DNA from: Anaerolineae bacterium
Lineage (GTDB): Bacteria; Chloroflexota; Anaerolineae; Aggregatilineales; J027
Direction: 5' to 3'
Length of the DNA: 64,000 nt
Assembly: GCA_019913005.1 (NCBI GenBank)
Contig: JAIOHL010000258.1
Span: forward strand, 123,896 to 187,895
This document shows, piece after piece, positions 49,034 through 57,099 of this stretch. Numbering within the stretch: position 1 is the stretch's first letter; every line of letters begins with the position of its first letter. The translations under genes and the position numbers were made by a program. The notes beneath the pieces were generated by a model that did not search any database, was not told the DNA's origin, and saw only the letters and a program-made list of their open reading frames with translations.

Positions 49034-50077
49034 ATGACATTGCCGATGATTGGAATTCGTTCGTGGGGAACTTACTTCCCTGAAAAAATTGAAACAGCCG
49101 CCGATGTCGCTGCAGCCAGTGGTGTACCGGAACAGGTGGTTATCGAAAAAATGGGCCTGCGCCAAAAACATGTGGCTGGGCCGGATGACCACTGTGCAGA
49201 AATGGCAGCAAGGGCTGGTTTACAGGCGCTCGAAAGGGCCAATTTTGACCCCGCCGACCTCGATCTAATCCTCTATCACGGCAGCGAGTATAAAGATCAT
49301 ATTGTGTGGTCAGCCGCCACTCGTGTCCAGCAAATTTTGGGGGCGAAAAAAGCCGCCGCCTTTGAATTGTATGCCTTGTGTGCGGGTGCGCCAATTGCTC
49401 TTAAATCGGCACGGGCCATGATGCGCGACGATCACCATCTGCGGCATGTGCTGTTGGTGACGGCCTCGCGCGAAAACGACTTGGTAGACTATCGTAATGA
49501 ACGTGCCCGTTTTATGTTCAATTTTGGGGCGGGTGGTGGGGCGATGCTGCTTGAGCGGGGTTATGCGGAAAATGTGGTGCTGGGCGCGGCGGCTCTGAGT
49601 GATGGGTCACTTAGTAAGACGGTGGTGATGCAGGCGGGGGGCAGTGTCGCGCCTGCTACTGCCGATACGGTAGCACATCATCAACACCAATTGGACGTGA
49701 CCGACCTGACCTATATGGGAGAACACTTGAGTGAAGTCTCCATGCCAAATTTCAAGGAAGTGATTCGACGGGCGGTGGAAACGGATGCAGAAGGTTATAC
49801 TTTGGCGGACATCAAGTTTCTAGCGCTGGTGCATATGAAACGTTCATTCCACGACGCGCTTTTGGCAGAGCTAAATCTGAAGCAGGAGCAGGCGATTTAT
49901 TTGGATGAGTACGGGCATATGCAGTCGGTAGACCAGATTGTGGCGCTTGATCTTGCCCATCGGCGTGGTTTGCTTCATAACGGTGATTTGGTGGTTATGG
50001 CGGGCGCAGGTACAGGCTATACATGGAGTGCTGCCGCCATCCGTTGGGGCCAGACGATGGACGAGGAGCATATCTAA
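49034..50077 (+). CDS. 3-oxoacyl-ACP synthase III (FabH/KASIII)-like condensing enzyme
   Basis: Track ORF 49004..50077, trimmed to ATG 49034. It has the KASIII fold with active-site Cys in ELYALCAGAP and His in FLALVHMKRS. The third catalytic position reads LDEYGHMQSV, where FabH has LDRHGNTSAA. Confidence 0.85.
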   Translation: MTLPMIGIRSWGTYFPEKIETAADVAAASGVPEQVVIEKMGLRQKHVAGPDDHCAEMAARAGLQALERANFDPADLDLILYHGSEYKDHIVWSAATRVQQILGAKKAAAFELYALCAGAPIALKSARAMMRDDHHLRHVLLVTASRENDLVDYRNERARFMFNFGAGGGAMLLERGYAENVVLGAAALSDGSLSKTVVMQAGGSVAPATADTVAHHQHQLDVTDLTYMGEHLSEVSMPNFKEVIRRAVETDAEGYTLADIKFLALVHMKRSFHDALLAELNLKQEQAIYLDEYGHMQSVDQIVALDLAHRRGLLHNGDLVVMAGAGTGYTWSAAAIRWGQTMDEEHI

Positions 50078-50120
50078 GCGGCTACTTATAACTTTTATCG
50101 CTAGTAGTAAGGATTTACCA

Positions 50121-51128
50121 ATGCGATTGATGATTCGTTCATTTGCCGTTGCTGCCGCACTGCTGATCTGGATGACGACGGGTGTCATCGCGTGGGGGCG
50201 GCATCAAGAAGCCGAGCCGATGTGGGTGATTCTTAACTCCCGCGTTGGACAAGAATGGCAGCTTTTTACTGTGCGTGTAGATGGCAAGTTTTTGCGCCCT
50301 CTACCGCAAAGCGTTGGGGGTGATTTTGAGCCAGCATGGTCACCCGATGGGAATTGGATTGTGTTTTATTCGTATCGGGATAACGGGGCGGGTTTATATC
50401 GTATTGCTCCAGACGGAACACACTTGAAGCGGATTACGGCATTTTCTCTGACATCACGTGCTCCTGATTGGTCACCCGATGGCAGTCAAATCGCGTTTGT
50501 TTCGGCGGATCCCCTGTCGCAACATAGCTCTGAACTCTATACCGTGCGGGCCGATGGAACAGAGGTGACCAAAATTACCACCGATATGCACGAGGATAAC
50601 TCCCCAGCGTGGTCGCCCGATGGACAGTGGATTGCGTTTGAATCCAATCGGCACGTCGATTATGAGCTTTATCGGATGCGGCCTGATGGCTCGGATTTAA
50701 CGCGCTTGACCTATAACAATGGACGTGATCTTGCCCCGGCGTGGTCGCCGGATGGCAAATGGATTGTGTTTCAATCTTTTCGAGAGGACAACACCGATCT
50801 TTACATGACGGATTTTAATGGGCAGGTGGTTCGTCGTCTGACGGATGCCCCCGGTTTTGATGGGATGCCGGCGTGGTCGCCAGATGGCAAGTGGATTGCG
50901 TTTGTGTCGGAGCGTGATGGTAACCGTGAAATTTATCGGATGCGGCCCGATGGGTCGGACGTGCAGCGGCTGACCGATAACTTGGTGCATGATACTGCTC
51001 CGGCATGGTCGCCGCCGATGGTCAGGATATGGACAAAGCCATTCCTGCCTGTTTGGGCATTTGCAACAGGGGCAATTTTGTTGGGAGCAGGCTTTTCAAA
51101 AAGGAGATGGTATTGGCGAAGCATTTAG
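50121..51128 (+). CDS. TolB-like beta-propeller protein (PD40/WD40-like repeats) with N- and C-terminal hydrophobic segments
   Basis: Track ORF 49938..51128, trimmed to ATG 50121 because the longer form overlaps the KASIII gene. There are at least five AWSPDG.WI.F.S repeats. The C-terminal helix is FLPVWAFATGAILLGAGF. Confidence 0.8.
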   Translation: MRLMIRSFAVAAALLIWMTTGVIAWGRHQEAEPMWVILNSRVGQEWQLFTVRVDGKFLRPLPQSVGGDFEPAWSPDGNWIVFYSYRDNGAGLYRIAPDGTHLKRITAFSLTSRAPDWSPDGSQIAFVSADPLSQHSSELYTVRADGTEVTKITTDMHEDNSPAWSPDGQWIAFESNRHVDYELYRMRPDGSDLTRLTYNNGRDLAPAWSPDGKWIVFQSFREDNTDLYMTDFNGQVVRRLTDAPGFDGMPAWSPDGKWIAFVSERDGNREIYRMRPDGSDVQRLTDNLVHDTAPAWSPPMVRIWTKPFLPVWAFATGAILLGAGFSKRRWYWRSI

Positions 51129-52204
51129 GAATATGGATATTCGTTGGGTTGCTGGTGGTGTTAATTGCGCCCGTACAGGCGCAGCAATCGGGTTACGCTG
51201 TGATTACCGCCGAAAATATTCGGGATTTACAGTCGGTGCAGCAAATTGATTTTGCTGCGTTGCCGGAACCGCTTGAATCGGCGTCGGGCCTGTTTGTCAT
51301 CAACAGTGATGCCAATAAAATCATTACCTTTGGCAATGAGCCGGGGCAACCTCCCCACAGTCGTGCAATTTTGTGGGGCTATGGGGAAGATACAGCAGTC
51401 ATGCCGATGACCGATAGCAGTATCTTTCGCACACTGTCCGGTGATGGGGTGTGTTTATATGCCGGGTATCAAGGTTTTGTCGAAGTTTATCGGCTCGACC
51501 AAGCAGAAGCTCAGGTTGTTCGGATGGCCTTGAATGCGCCAACGGATTTTGTGAATGACTTGTGGCTGCAAGACCCGGCAGAGTGTGGAAACATCGTCTA
51601 CGTCGAGATCACCGATAGGATGGGCCAAACAGCGGTCTGGCAGTTGGATACGACTCAACCGGATGCCCCCGTTTTTGTATACGACCAATTGTTTGTCATC
51701 CCCAATCAAGATGCGGCGGCAAGGGTCGGGCGTGTACCACCGCCACTCGCACTCACGATGGATTTTGAGGGACATTTGTATCGGTGGGATATGAACGCTA
51801 ATATGCTGACTGCAACTGTGCCTGTTGGCGAATTGGCGATGTTTGGCGCGATTAGTCAATCTGGCACGCATTATGTATGGTTGAATGAGGACTATAATGC
51901 GCTGCATCTGGTGGATTTTGAGGCGCTATCTGATCGGGAAGTGGCCTCATTGGGCGATGGGTTCTATATCTCCCATCTCAAATTGACACAGAACGCGGAT
52001 GTGATTATCGGCGTTGACCCCAAAGATGCACCGGGCACGGTCAGCGCGTGGCTGGTCGAAACAGGTGAGCCGATTGATCTTGGCCTATATCGCCAGTGTA
52101 ACCGTGTCCAACCCGACCTTGTACAGCTTTCCCGCGATGGCACGACATTGGTTATCGGTTGCGATACAGGGCTTGATATTTGGCGGGTGGTTGCGTCTGA
52201 ATAA
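51107..52204 (+). CDS. Secreted hypothetical protein, probably beta-propeller-like
   Basis: Track ORF 51005..52204, trimmed to ATG 51107. TTG 51113 is also possible because AGGAG directly abuts the ATG. The signal peptide is LGIWIFVGLLVVLIAPVQA. I recognise no family. Confidence 0.55.
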   Translation: MVLAKHLGIWIFVGLLVVLIAPVQAQQSGYAVITAENIRDLQSVQQIDFAALPEPLESASGLFVINSDANKIITFGNEPGQPPHSRAILWGYGEDTAVMPMTDSSIFRTLSGDGVCLYAGYQGFVEVYRLDQAEAQVVRMALNAPTDFVNDLWLQDPAECGNIVYVEITDRMGQTAVWQLDTTQPDAPVFVYDQLFVIPNQDAAARVGRVPPPLALTMDFEGHLYRWDMNANMLTATVPVGELAMFGAISQSGTHYVWLNEDYNALHLVDFEALSDREVASLGDGFYISHLKLTQNADVIIGVDPKDAPGTVSAWLVETGEPIDLGLYRQCNRVQPDLVQLSRDGTTLVIGCDTGLDIWRVVASE

Positions 52205-52208
52205 ACGC

Positions 52209-52664
52209 TTATGGCCCTAGCAGCGGTGGGGATTCCGAGGGCGGCAGGGGCTTGGCTAAATCATCGGCGATGGCATATAAGCCTTCGAGTTGATTATAAG
52301 CGTGGCGTGCCCACCGCGAATTGGGGGCGATGTCCAAAAAATGCTCAAAGTCCTCAATGGCCGATTGATAATTGCCCGCACGGGCATAGGTCATGCCGCG
52401 ATTAAACAGGGCATCCACATAATCGGCATTTTGGGCGAGGAGCGTCGTGAAATCCGCGATAGCCCCCGCCCAATCATCGAGTTCTCGCCAGCGCAGTAAG
52501 CCCCGATTGAAGCGGGCCAACTGGTAGCCGTTGTCCAAGTCGAGGGCGCGGGTAAACCAGCGTTCGACGGTCTGAAAATCAGTGCGGTGGCGAGAGGCCA
52601 ATGCGTGAAAGCGGCGCATCGTCCCCACCCCGTGTACCAGTCTGGCGAGAACTCGTTTAAACAT
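52209..52664 (-). CDS. TPR-repeat protein
   Basis: Track ORF of 151 aa. TPR units are present (WAGAIADFTTLLAQNADYVDALFNRGMTYARAGNYQSAIEDFEHFLDIAPN). It starts 5 nt after the serS stop on the same strand. Confidence 0.7.
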   Translation of the reverse strand: MFKRVLARLVHGVGTMRRFHALASRHRTDFQTVERWFTRALDLDNGYQLARFNRGLLRWRELDDWAGAIADFTTLLAQNADYVDALFNRGMTYARAGNYQSAIEDFEHFLDIAPNSRWARHAYNQLEGLYAIADDLAKPLPPSESPPLLGP

Positions 52665-52669
52665 CCTGA

Positions 52670-54097
52670 TTAGCCCTTCGGCTTAATGATTTCCTGACCA
52701 CCCAGATAGGGCCGTAGCACGTTCGGAATAACAATCGCGCCGTCAGCGGTCTGGTAGTTTTCCATAATCGCAATCACGGTGCGCGGAATACCGAGGCAAG
52801 AGCCGTTCAGCATATGCACAAATTTGGTCTTGCCCCCATCTGCCGGACGATATTTGATGTTGGCGCGACGGGCTTGGAAATCTTCGGTATTGCTGATAGA
52901 AGACACTTCGAGCCATTCTTCGCAGCCGGGTGCCCACATTTCAATGTCGAATTTCTTGGTGGCGGTGAAGCCCAAGTCGCCGGTCACGATTTCCAGCCGA
53001 CGATAGGGGATTTCCAGCTTGGCGATCATGCTCTCGGCAATTTGCATCATCTTTTCCATTTCGTCATAGCTGGTATCTTGGCTTGCCAATTTGAACATCT
53101 CGACCTTTTCAAATTGATGTACCCGTTTGATGCCCCGCACGTCGCGTCCGGCACTCATTTTTTCCTGACGAAAGCAGGGGGTATGGCCGACATAATTACG
53201 TGGCAGGCTGGCTTCGTCCAAAACCTCGCCGCCAAGCATATTGGCGATGGCGACTTCGGCTGTCGGCAGCATATACATATCGAGATCGGCTAGGGGGTAG
53301 CTGGTATCTACAAACTTGGGAAATTGACCAGAACCATACATCGCCTCACGCTTAACCATCAGCGGCACATAGAGTTCCTCAAAGTTCCACAGGGTGGTCA
53401 ATTCGTCCAGTAGGAAATTAATCAAGGCACGCTGTAACCGTGCGCCCATGCCTGCCAGAATATAGAAGCGTGTTCCGGCGATTTTGACGCCGCGCTCGAA
53501 ATCAATGATGCCCAGTGCGGGGCCAAGTTCCCAATGGGGTTGCGCTTTGAAGTCAAATCTGCGAATTTCACCCTGCACCGGATGGGCGATATTGGCTTCA
53601 TCGCTGTCGGCTACCGGAACGCTGGCGTGCGGCATATTGGGAACCCACAACTGCTCCTCATAAAATGCCTCTTCGACCTCACGTACCTGTTCATCAAGGG
53701 TGGTGATTTTGTCACCGAGTCCACCCAGACGGGCAAATAGGACGTTCATCGTTTCCTGAAATTCCGCTTCCGTCGCGCTATTGCCATTCTGAGGTGGATT
53801 TTCAAAGAGTCCCTGCGCTTTGTGATAGTCGTCGGCTTCAAGGGCGGCAATCACGGCTTGGGCAGTGGCTTGTTTAACCCCAACCTCCAATTTTTTGTTG
53901 CCCCGTAGCTGACCTGTGGCCTTGCTCAAATTATTGCGGAAGGCTTTTAGCTGTTCGACTTCGGTCAACAGGGCGCGGCGGCGTTGATCCAGTTCCAAAA
54001 TGTGGTCAACGCGGGCGACGGCGGCCTCATCATTCAGTTTACGTAGTTGATCTTTCACCCAGTCGGGTTTTTCGCGGATAAGGGTAATATCCAGCAT
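52670..54097 (-). CDS. serS: Seryl-tRNA synthetase
   Basis: Track ORF of 475 aa. It has an N-terminal coiled-coil arm and class II motifs (...GTRFYIL..., ...TPCFRQEKMSAGRDVRGIKRVHQFEKVE..., ...MLNGSCLGIPRTVIAIMEN...). RBS AAGGAG lies 11 nt upstream. Confidence 0.95.
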   Translation of the reverse strand: MLDITLIREKPDWVKDQLRKLNDEAAVARVDHILELDQRRRALLTEVEQLKAFRNNLSKATGQLRGNKKLEVGVKQATAQAVIAALEADDYHKAQGLFENPPQNGNSATEAEFQETMNVLFARLGGLGDKITTLDEQVREVEEAFYEEQLWVPNMPHASVPVADSDEANIAHPVQGEIRRFDFKAQPHWELGPALGIIDFERGVKIAGTRFYILAGMGARLQRALINFLLDELTTLWNFEELYVPLMVKREAMYGSGQFPKFVDTSYPLADLDMYMLPTAEVAIANMLGGEVLDEASLPRNYVGHTPCFRQEKMSAGRDVRGIKRVHQFEKVEMFKLASQDTSYDEMEKMMQIAESMIAKLEIPYRRLEIVTGDLGFTATKKFDIEMWAPGCEEWLEVSSISNTEDFQARRANIKYRPADGGKTKFVHMLNGSCLGIPRTVIAIMENYQTADGAIVIPNVLRPYLGGQEIIKPKG

Positions 54098-54117
54098 GTC
54101 GTTCGTTGCTCCTTAGC

Positions 54118-54279
54118 TTATTTGGGTTGTTCGCGGTTTGGGTCAATCGGTTGCGTTGTCTGCCAATTTTCTTCAGGCAGTGGGCGTGTTAAATCTTGAT
54201 AGAGACGCCACACCGCCAAAATAGACCCGACGGCAATGACCCCGTAGATAATGTAATCAAAAATGTCGCGTGTGCTCAT
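54118..54279 (-). CDS. Unannotated 53-codon membrane micro-ORF between the T-box leader and serS
   Basis: My own translation is MSTRDIFDYIIYGVIAVGSILAVWRLYQDLTRPLPEENWQTTQPIDPNREQPK. RBS AAGGAAGG lies 5 nt upstream of the ATG at 54279. It has one clear TM helix. Its TAA (54118-54120) sits 3 nt before the serS RBS. It falls below the track length cutoff. Confidence 0.45.
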   Translation of the reverse strand: MSTRDIFDYIIYGVIAVGSILAVWRLYQDLTRPLPEENWQTTQPIDPNREQPK

Positions 54280-54299
54280 GTGCCTTCCTTTCGATTAGC

Positions 54300-54582
54300 T
54301 GGACAGGCGGGAAAACAAAAAAGCCCCGCCCATCCTGTTACGATTTGTAACTAGGACGAGGGGACTCGTGGTGCCACCTAGATTTGTCACGACCTCGCGG
54401 CCTGTGATCTTATTGAGTCGTGCCGACTCGGCGCTTTAACGGGCGCTCCCGGCATCATTTATCATGATACAACGTACTCAGGAGTGGAACACTGTCCGAT
54501 ATGCCACCGCCTTGCACCTTCCGGCGGCTCTCTGTTGACATTTTATGGACAGGCATATCTCCGTCAGAGTTTTTGTCTATGT
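54300..54582 (-). promoter_or_regulatory. T-box riboswitch leader, Ser (UCC) specifier
   Basis: Read on the minus strand. T-box core AGGTGGCACCACGAG (plus 54365-54378). AG bulge AGAGA (54529-54533). Distal loop GGTGCAA (54512-54518). The helix TGTCC/GGACA flanks the distal region. The specifier loop GUGU-UCC-A (UCC = 54488-54486, A = 54485) is followed by the CUCC helix. The terminator is CCCCTCGTCC...GGATGGGCGGGG (54363-54324) plus CTTTTTTGTTTT (54323-54312). Confidence 0.85.
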
Positions 54583-54588
54583 GAATAT

Positions 54589-54618
54589 AGCATAACAAGA
54601 AGCACAAACCGCTGTCAA
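54589..54618 (-). promoter_or_regulatory. Candidate promoter of the serS T-box leader
   Basis: On the minus strand: TTGACA (54618-54613), an 18-nt spacer, then TGtTATGCT, an extended -10 with the hexamer at 54594-54589. Confidence 0.5.
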
Positions 54619-54627
54619 GAGAGGGAT

Positions 54628-55035
54628 TTAGGCTTGGCTCGGAGGTTGGCTTAACGAGTGGCAGTTGCCATACAAATCTAGGAACATCGCCTGAATGCCC
54701 CAAGGGAAATCGCCGGGTTCCATAACAAATTTTACCCCTTTGGCTTTCATATCCTCGGTCATTTTGCGGCAGTCATCCACCTGAAAAATGAAGCCCTGCT
54801 CCTTGCCGATGCGGGCGGCGCGACCTGCCTCAGTGTTGTCCCCCGGCCCCCAAGTGTAATGTTGCAAGATGATTTCAAGGCCGGGTTGATTTTGGATGCC
54901 GAGCGTCACCCAGCGAGCGTTTTCGCCCATTGGACTGTCACTCACTTTGATGAGACCCAATTTATCCATAAACCAGTTCGTAGCTTCTTCTTGATCCCGT
55001 ACCATCAGTGTCACATGCGTCAATTTAGTAATCAT
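54628..55035 (-). CDS. VOC/glyoxalase-family protein
   Basis: Track ORF of 135 aa. The sequence THVTLMVRDQEEATNWFMDKLGL... and the beta-alpha-beta-beta-beta pattern are typical of the glyoxalase/bleomycin-resistance fold. Confidence 0.85.
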   Translation of the reverse strand: MITKLTHVTLMVRDQEEATNWFMDKLGLIKVSDSPMGENARWVTLGIQNQPGLEIILQHYTWGPGDNTEAGRAARIGKEQGFIFQVDDCRKMTEDMKAKGVKFVMEPGDFPWGIQAMFLDLYGNCHSLSQPPSQA

Positions 55036-55090
55036 GCGGCGTTCCTTTCAGTTGTTCAGGTTGGATGTTTTAAGAATAGACCCATGAGGA

Positions 55091-55921
55091 CTAATCGGCT
55101 TGTAAAATCTGGACAAGATTGGGAGCGAGGGTCTTTTCCAAAAGATATTTGCGGAATTGATCGGCGTTTTGTCCGGCGAGGGCGCTAAAATCTTTGGCAA
55201 AATGGGCTTGGTCATAATAGCCGCAGTTTTGGGCAATGCTGGCAAGGTTCAGGGTCGGATTTTGCCGTAGCTGTTGTAAGGTACGTTGAAAGCGCACAAT
55301 CCGTGCATAGGCCTTGGGTGAAACGCCATAGGTCGCGTTGAATAGACGGTCAACCGTGCGGATGGAATAGCCCACATGCTGACAAAGGTGATGGATGTTG
55401 ACTTCGCCACCATATTGTTCAATTTGTCGGGCGATCTCATTGGCATAGGGATGAACTGCGTTGGGGTTCAGCCGCTGTAGGAAGAAGGTGTTTAATAACT
55501 CAATTTGTTGTGAAAAGGAGGCCGCATCATATAGTCGTGATTGAAGTTCCATCATGGATGCACTAAACATCATGCCGACATCCAATGTGAGGTTCGAAAT
55601 CTGATGGATAGGGATAGGCAAAAAGGCCGATAATCCTCCCGGCTTAAAACGCACGCCGATCAAGTGAATTTCGCCTGTTTGCTGGATAATCACGGGATAC
55701 GTGCGCTGGGTATCCAGATTCGAGACACCCATACTCTCACTGCTCACTTTATCCAGTCGAGTACGGTCATAAGCACAGCCGAAATTAAACAAAATGTCAG
55801 CACGGGCATCCACAAAAACATGTTCATACAAGGTGTCAGATTGAGAGGGTACGGATTTTGCAATCCAATAACACTCGATGAAAGGCCTTAGAGGGGGGAC
55901 AGGGATGAAAAGATGGTACAT
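55091..55921 (-). CDS. AraC-family transcriptional regulator
   Basis: Track ORF of 276 aa. The C-terminal double HTH is IHHLCQHVGYSIRTVDRLFNATYGVSPKAYARIVRFQRTL...IAQNCGYYDQAHFAKDF. Confidence 0.85.
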   Translation of the reverse strand: MYHLFIPVPPLRPFIECYWIAKSVPSQSDTLYEHVFVDARADILFNFGCAYDRTRLDKVSSESMGVSNLDTQRTYPVIIQQTGEIHLIGVRFKPGGLSAFLPIPIHQISNLTLDVGMMFSASMMELQSRLYDAASFSQQIELLNTFFLQRLNPNAVHPYANEIARQIEQYGGEVNIHHLCQHVGYSIRTVDRLFNATYGVSPKAYARIVRFQRTLQQLRQNPTLNLASIAQNCGYYDQAHFAKDFSALAGQNADQFRKYLLEKTLAPNLVQILQAD

Positions 55922-55962
55922 GTCCCCATTTTATCAGAAAATTTGTTCTAGTCAAATTAGAG

Positions 55963-55990
55963 AAAAAAAGGGGGTTAGCCACACCCCCTG
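55963..55990 (-). terminator. Intrinsic terminator of the cytochrome operon
   Basis: On the minus strand: GGGGG-TGTGGCTAA-CCCCC followed by TTTTTTT (plus-strand arms 55970-55974 and 55984-55988, A-run 55963-55969). It begins 7 nt after the cytochrome b/c stop. Confidence 0.75.
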
Positions 55991-55996
55991 TTGTAA

Positions 55997-57097
55997 TTAC
56001 TCTAGGCTTGAACGCAGGTAAGCATATAGATCGGCTATGTCTTGTTCGCTGGCTTGGCCGGGGCCATAGGCGGGCATATCGGCAGGGCCACGCCGAATAT
56101 CGGCAGCAAACAATTCGAATTCTAGGCGGGTACTGCGAATCGCTGGAATCGGCGGGACTCCTTGTCCAGTTTCGCCATGACATCTGCCACATTGGAGTGA
56201 TTCCCATTTGGCCGCCCCTGCTTCGGCATTGCCTTGATCGGGATTGATGTCAACGGATGCTTCAACGGGCTGACGTGGCACCGTATCGAGGGCGCTATCT
56301 TCGAACGTCACGAAAATGAAAAGGCCGATGGTCAACAAGATGGTCATGAAGACCGCATAGGGCCAAAATCGCTTGTGACGACGGGCCATAATTTCAGCCG
56401 GAACAACGGGGGTGGCGGTTCCCTCCTGCATGGCGACCAGTTCAAGGGCGTGTTCCTCTTCCATGTGATGGACGGGCATTTTGCCTGTGAACATGGCGCG
56501 ATTGAAACGGCGGATATGCACGTTGTACATATGCCAGATGATGATCGAGGCTACTGCCAACAGCGCCTCGGAGCTATGCGCCAAACGTGCGGCAGGAATA
56601 ACTTCGGCGGGCAGGATTTTGGAGGTGGCAATGGGATTCCACATCATAAATCCTGTTGCGATCATGACCAGCGTTCCCCAGACGAGCGCCAGATATTCAG
56701 CTTTTTCGCCAAAATTATAGCGGCCCATCTTGGGGTGTTCTTTGCGGAGGCCGAGATTGTGCAGCACCCATCCAATTAGGTCGCGGAGGTCTTTGACGGT
56801 GGGAAGCATGTTGAGGCTGGAGCCACGCACATAGAATTTATAGGTCAGTGCCCCGCCATGATAGATTGCGCCAGCCATTAGCAGGGTAGCGAAAAAGCGG
56901 TGCATGATGCGGATACTCTCGATACCACCTAGTAGCTCTATAAAATCCTTAGCAATCTGATAGTTGGCATACCGCTGGGGTAATCCAGTAAAGGCTAACA
57001 TGCTGAACGAGATAATGAGCACAATATGCTCCATCCGTTCGGCAGCGCCAAAACGCTCGACGTATTGTTGTTTGACTGTGGTGCCAATCGCTGCCAT
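55997..57097 (-). CDS. Membrane di-heme cytochrome b-like protein (FdnI/Ni-hydrogenase cytochrome b family) fused to a C-terminal mono-heme cytochrome c domain
   Basis: Track ORF of 366 aa. The N-terminal RMEHIVLIISFSMLAFTGL and four or five TM helices with conserved His fit the cytochrome b family. After a final TM helix, the C-terminal part carries CGRCHG and a distal ...DMPAY... (putative Met ligand). Confidence 0.85.
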   Translation of the reverse strand: MAAIGTTVKQQYVERFGAAERMEHIVLIISFSMLAFTGLPQRYANYQIAKDFIELLGGIESIRIMHRFFATLLMAGAIYHGGALTYKFYVRGSSLNMLPTVKDLRDLIGWVLHNLGLRKEHPKMGRYNFGEKAEYLALVWGTLVMIATGFMMWNPIATSKILPAEVIPAARLAHSSEALLAVASIIIWHMYNVHIRRFNRAMFTGKMPVHHMEEEHALELVAMQEGTATPVVPAEIMARRHKRFWPYAVFMTILLTIGLFIFVTFEDSALDTVPRQPVEASVDINPDQGNAEAGAAKWESLQCGRCHGETGQGVPPIPAIRSTRLEFELFAADIRRGPADMPAYGPGQASEQDIADLYAYLRSSLE

Positions 57098-57099
57098 GA

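Noticed and set aside
49938-50120. Long N-terminal extension of the TolB-like ORF, and the similar extensions at 4953, 6792, 16983, 26001, 51005, 60194 and 63790.
   Set aside because: The extensions overlap the preceding gene or lack an RBS. Internal ATGs with good RBS, signal peptides or family-typical N-termini were preferred.
54455-54703. 82-aa minus-strand ORF.
   Set aside because: It spans the serS T-box Stem I and its promoter and runs into the VOC gene end. There is no RBS, and the RNA explanation is stronger.
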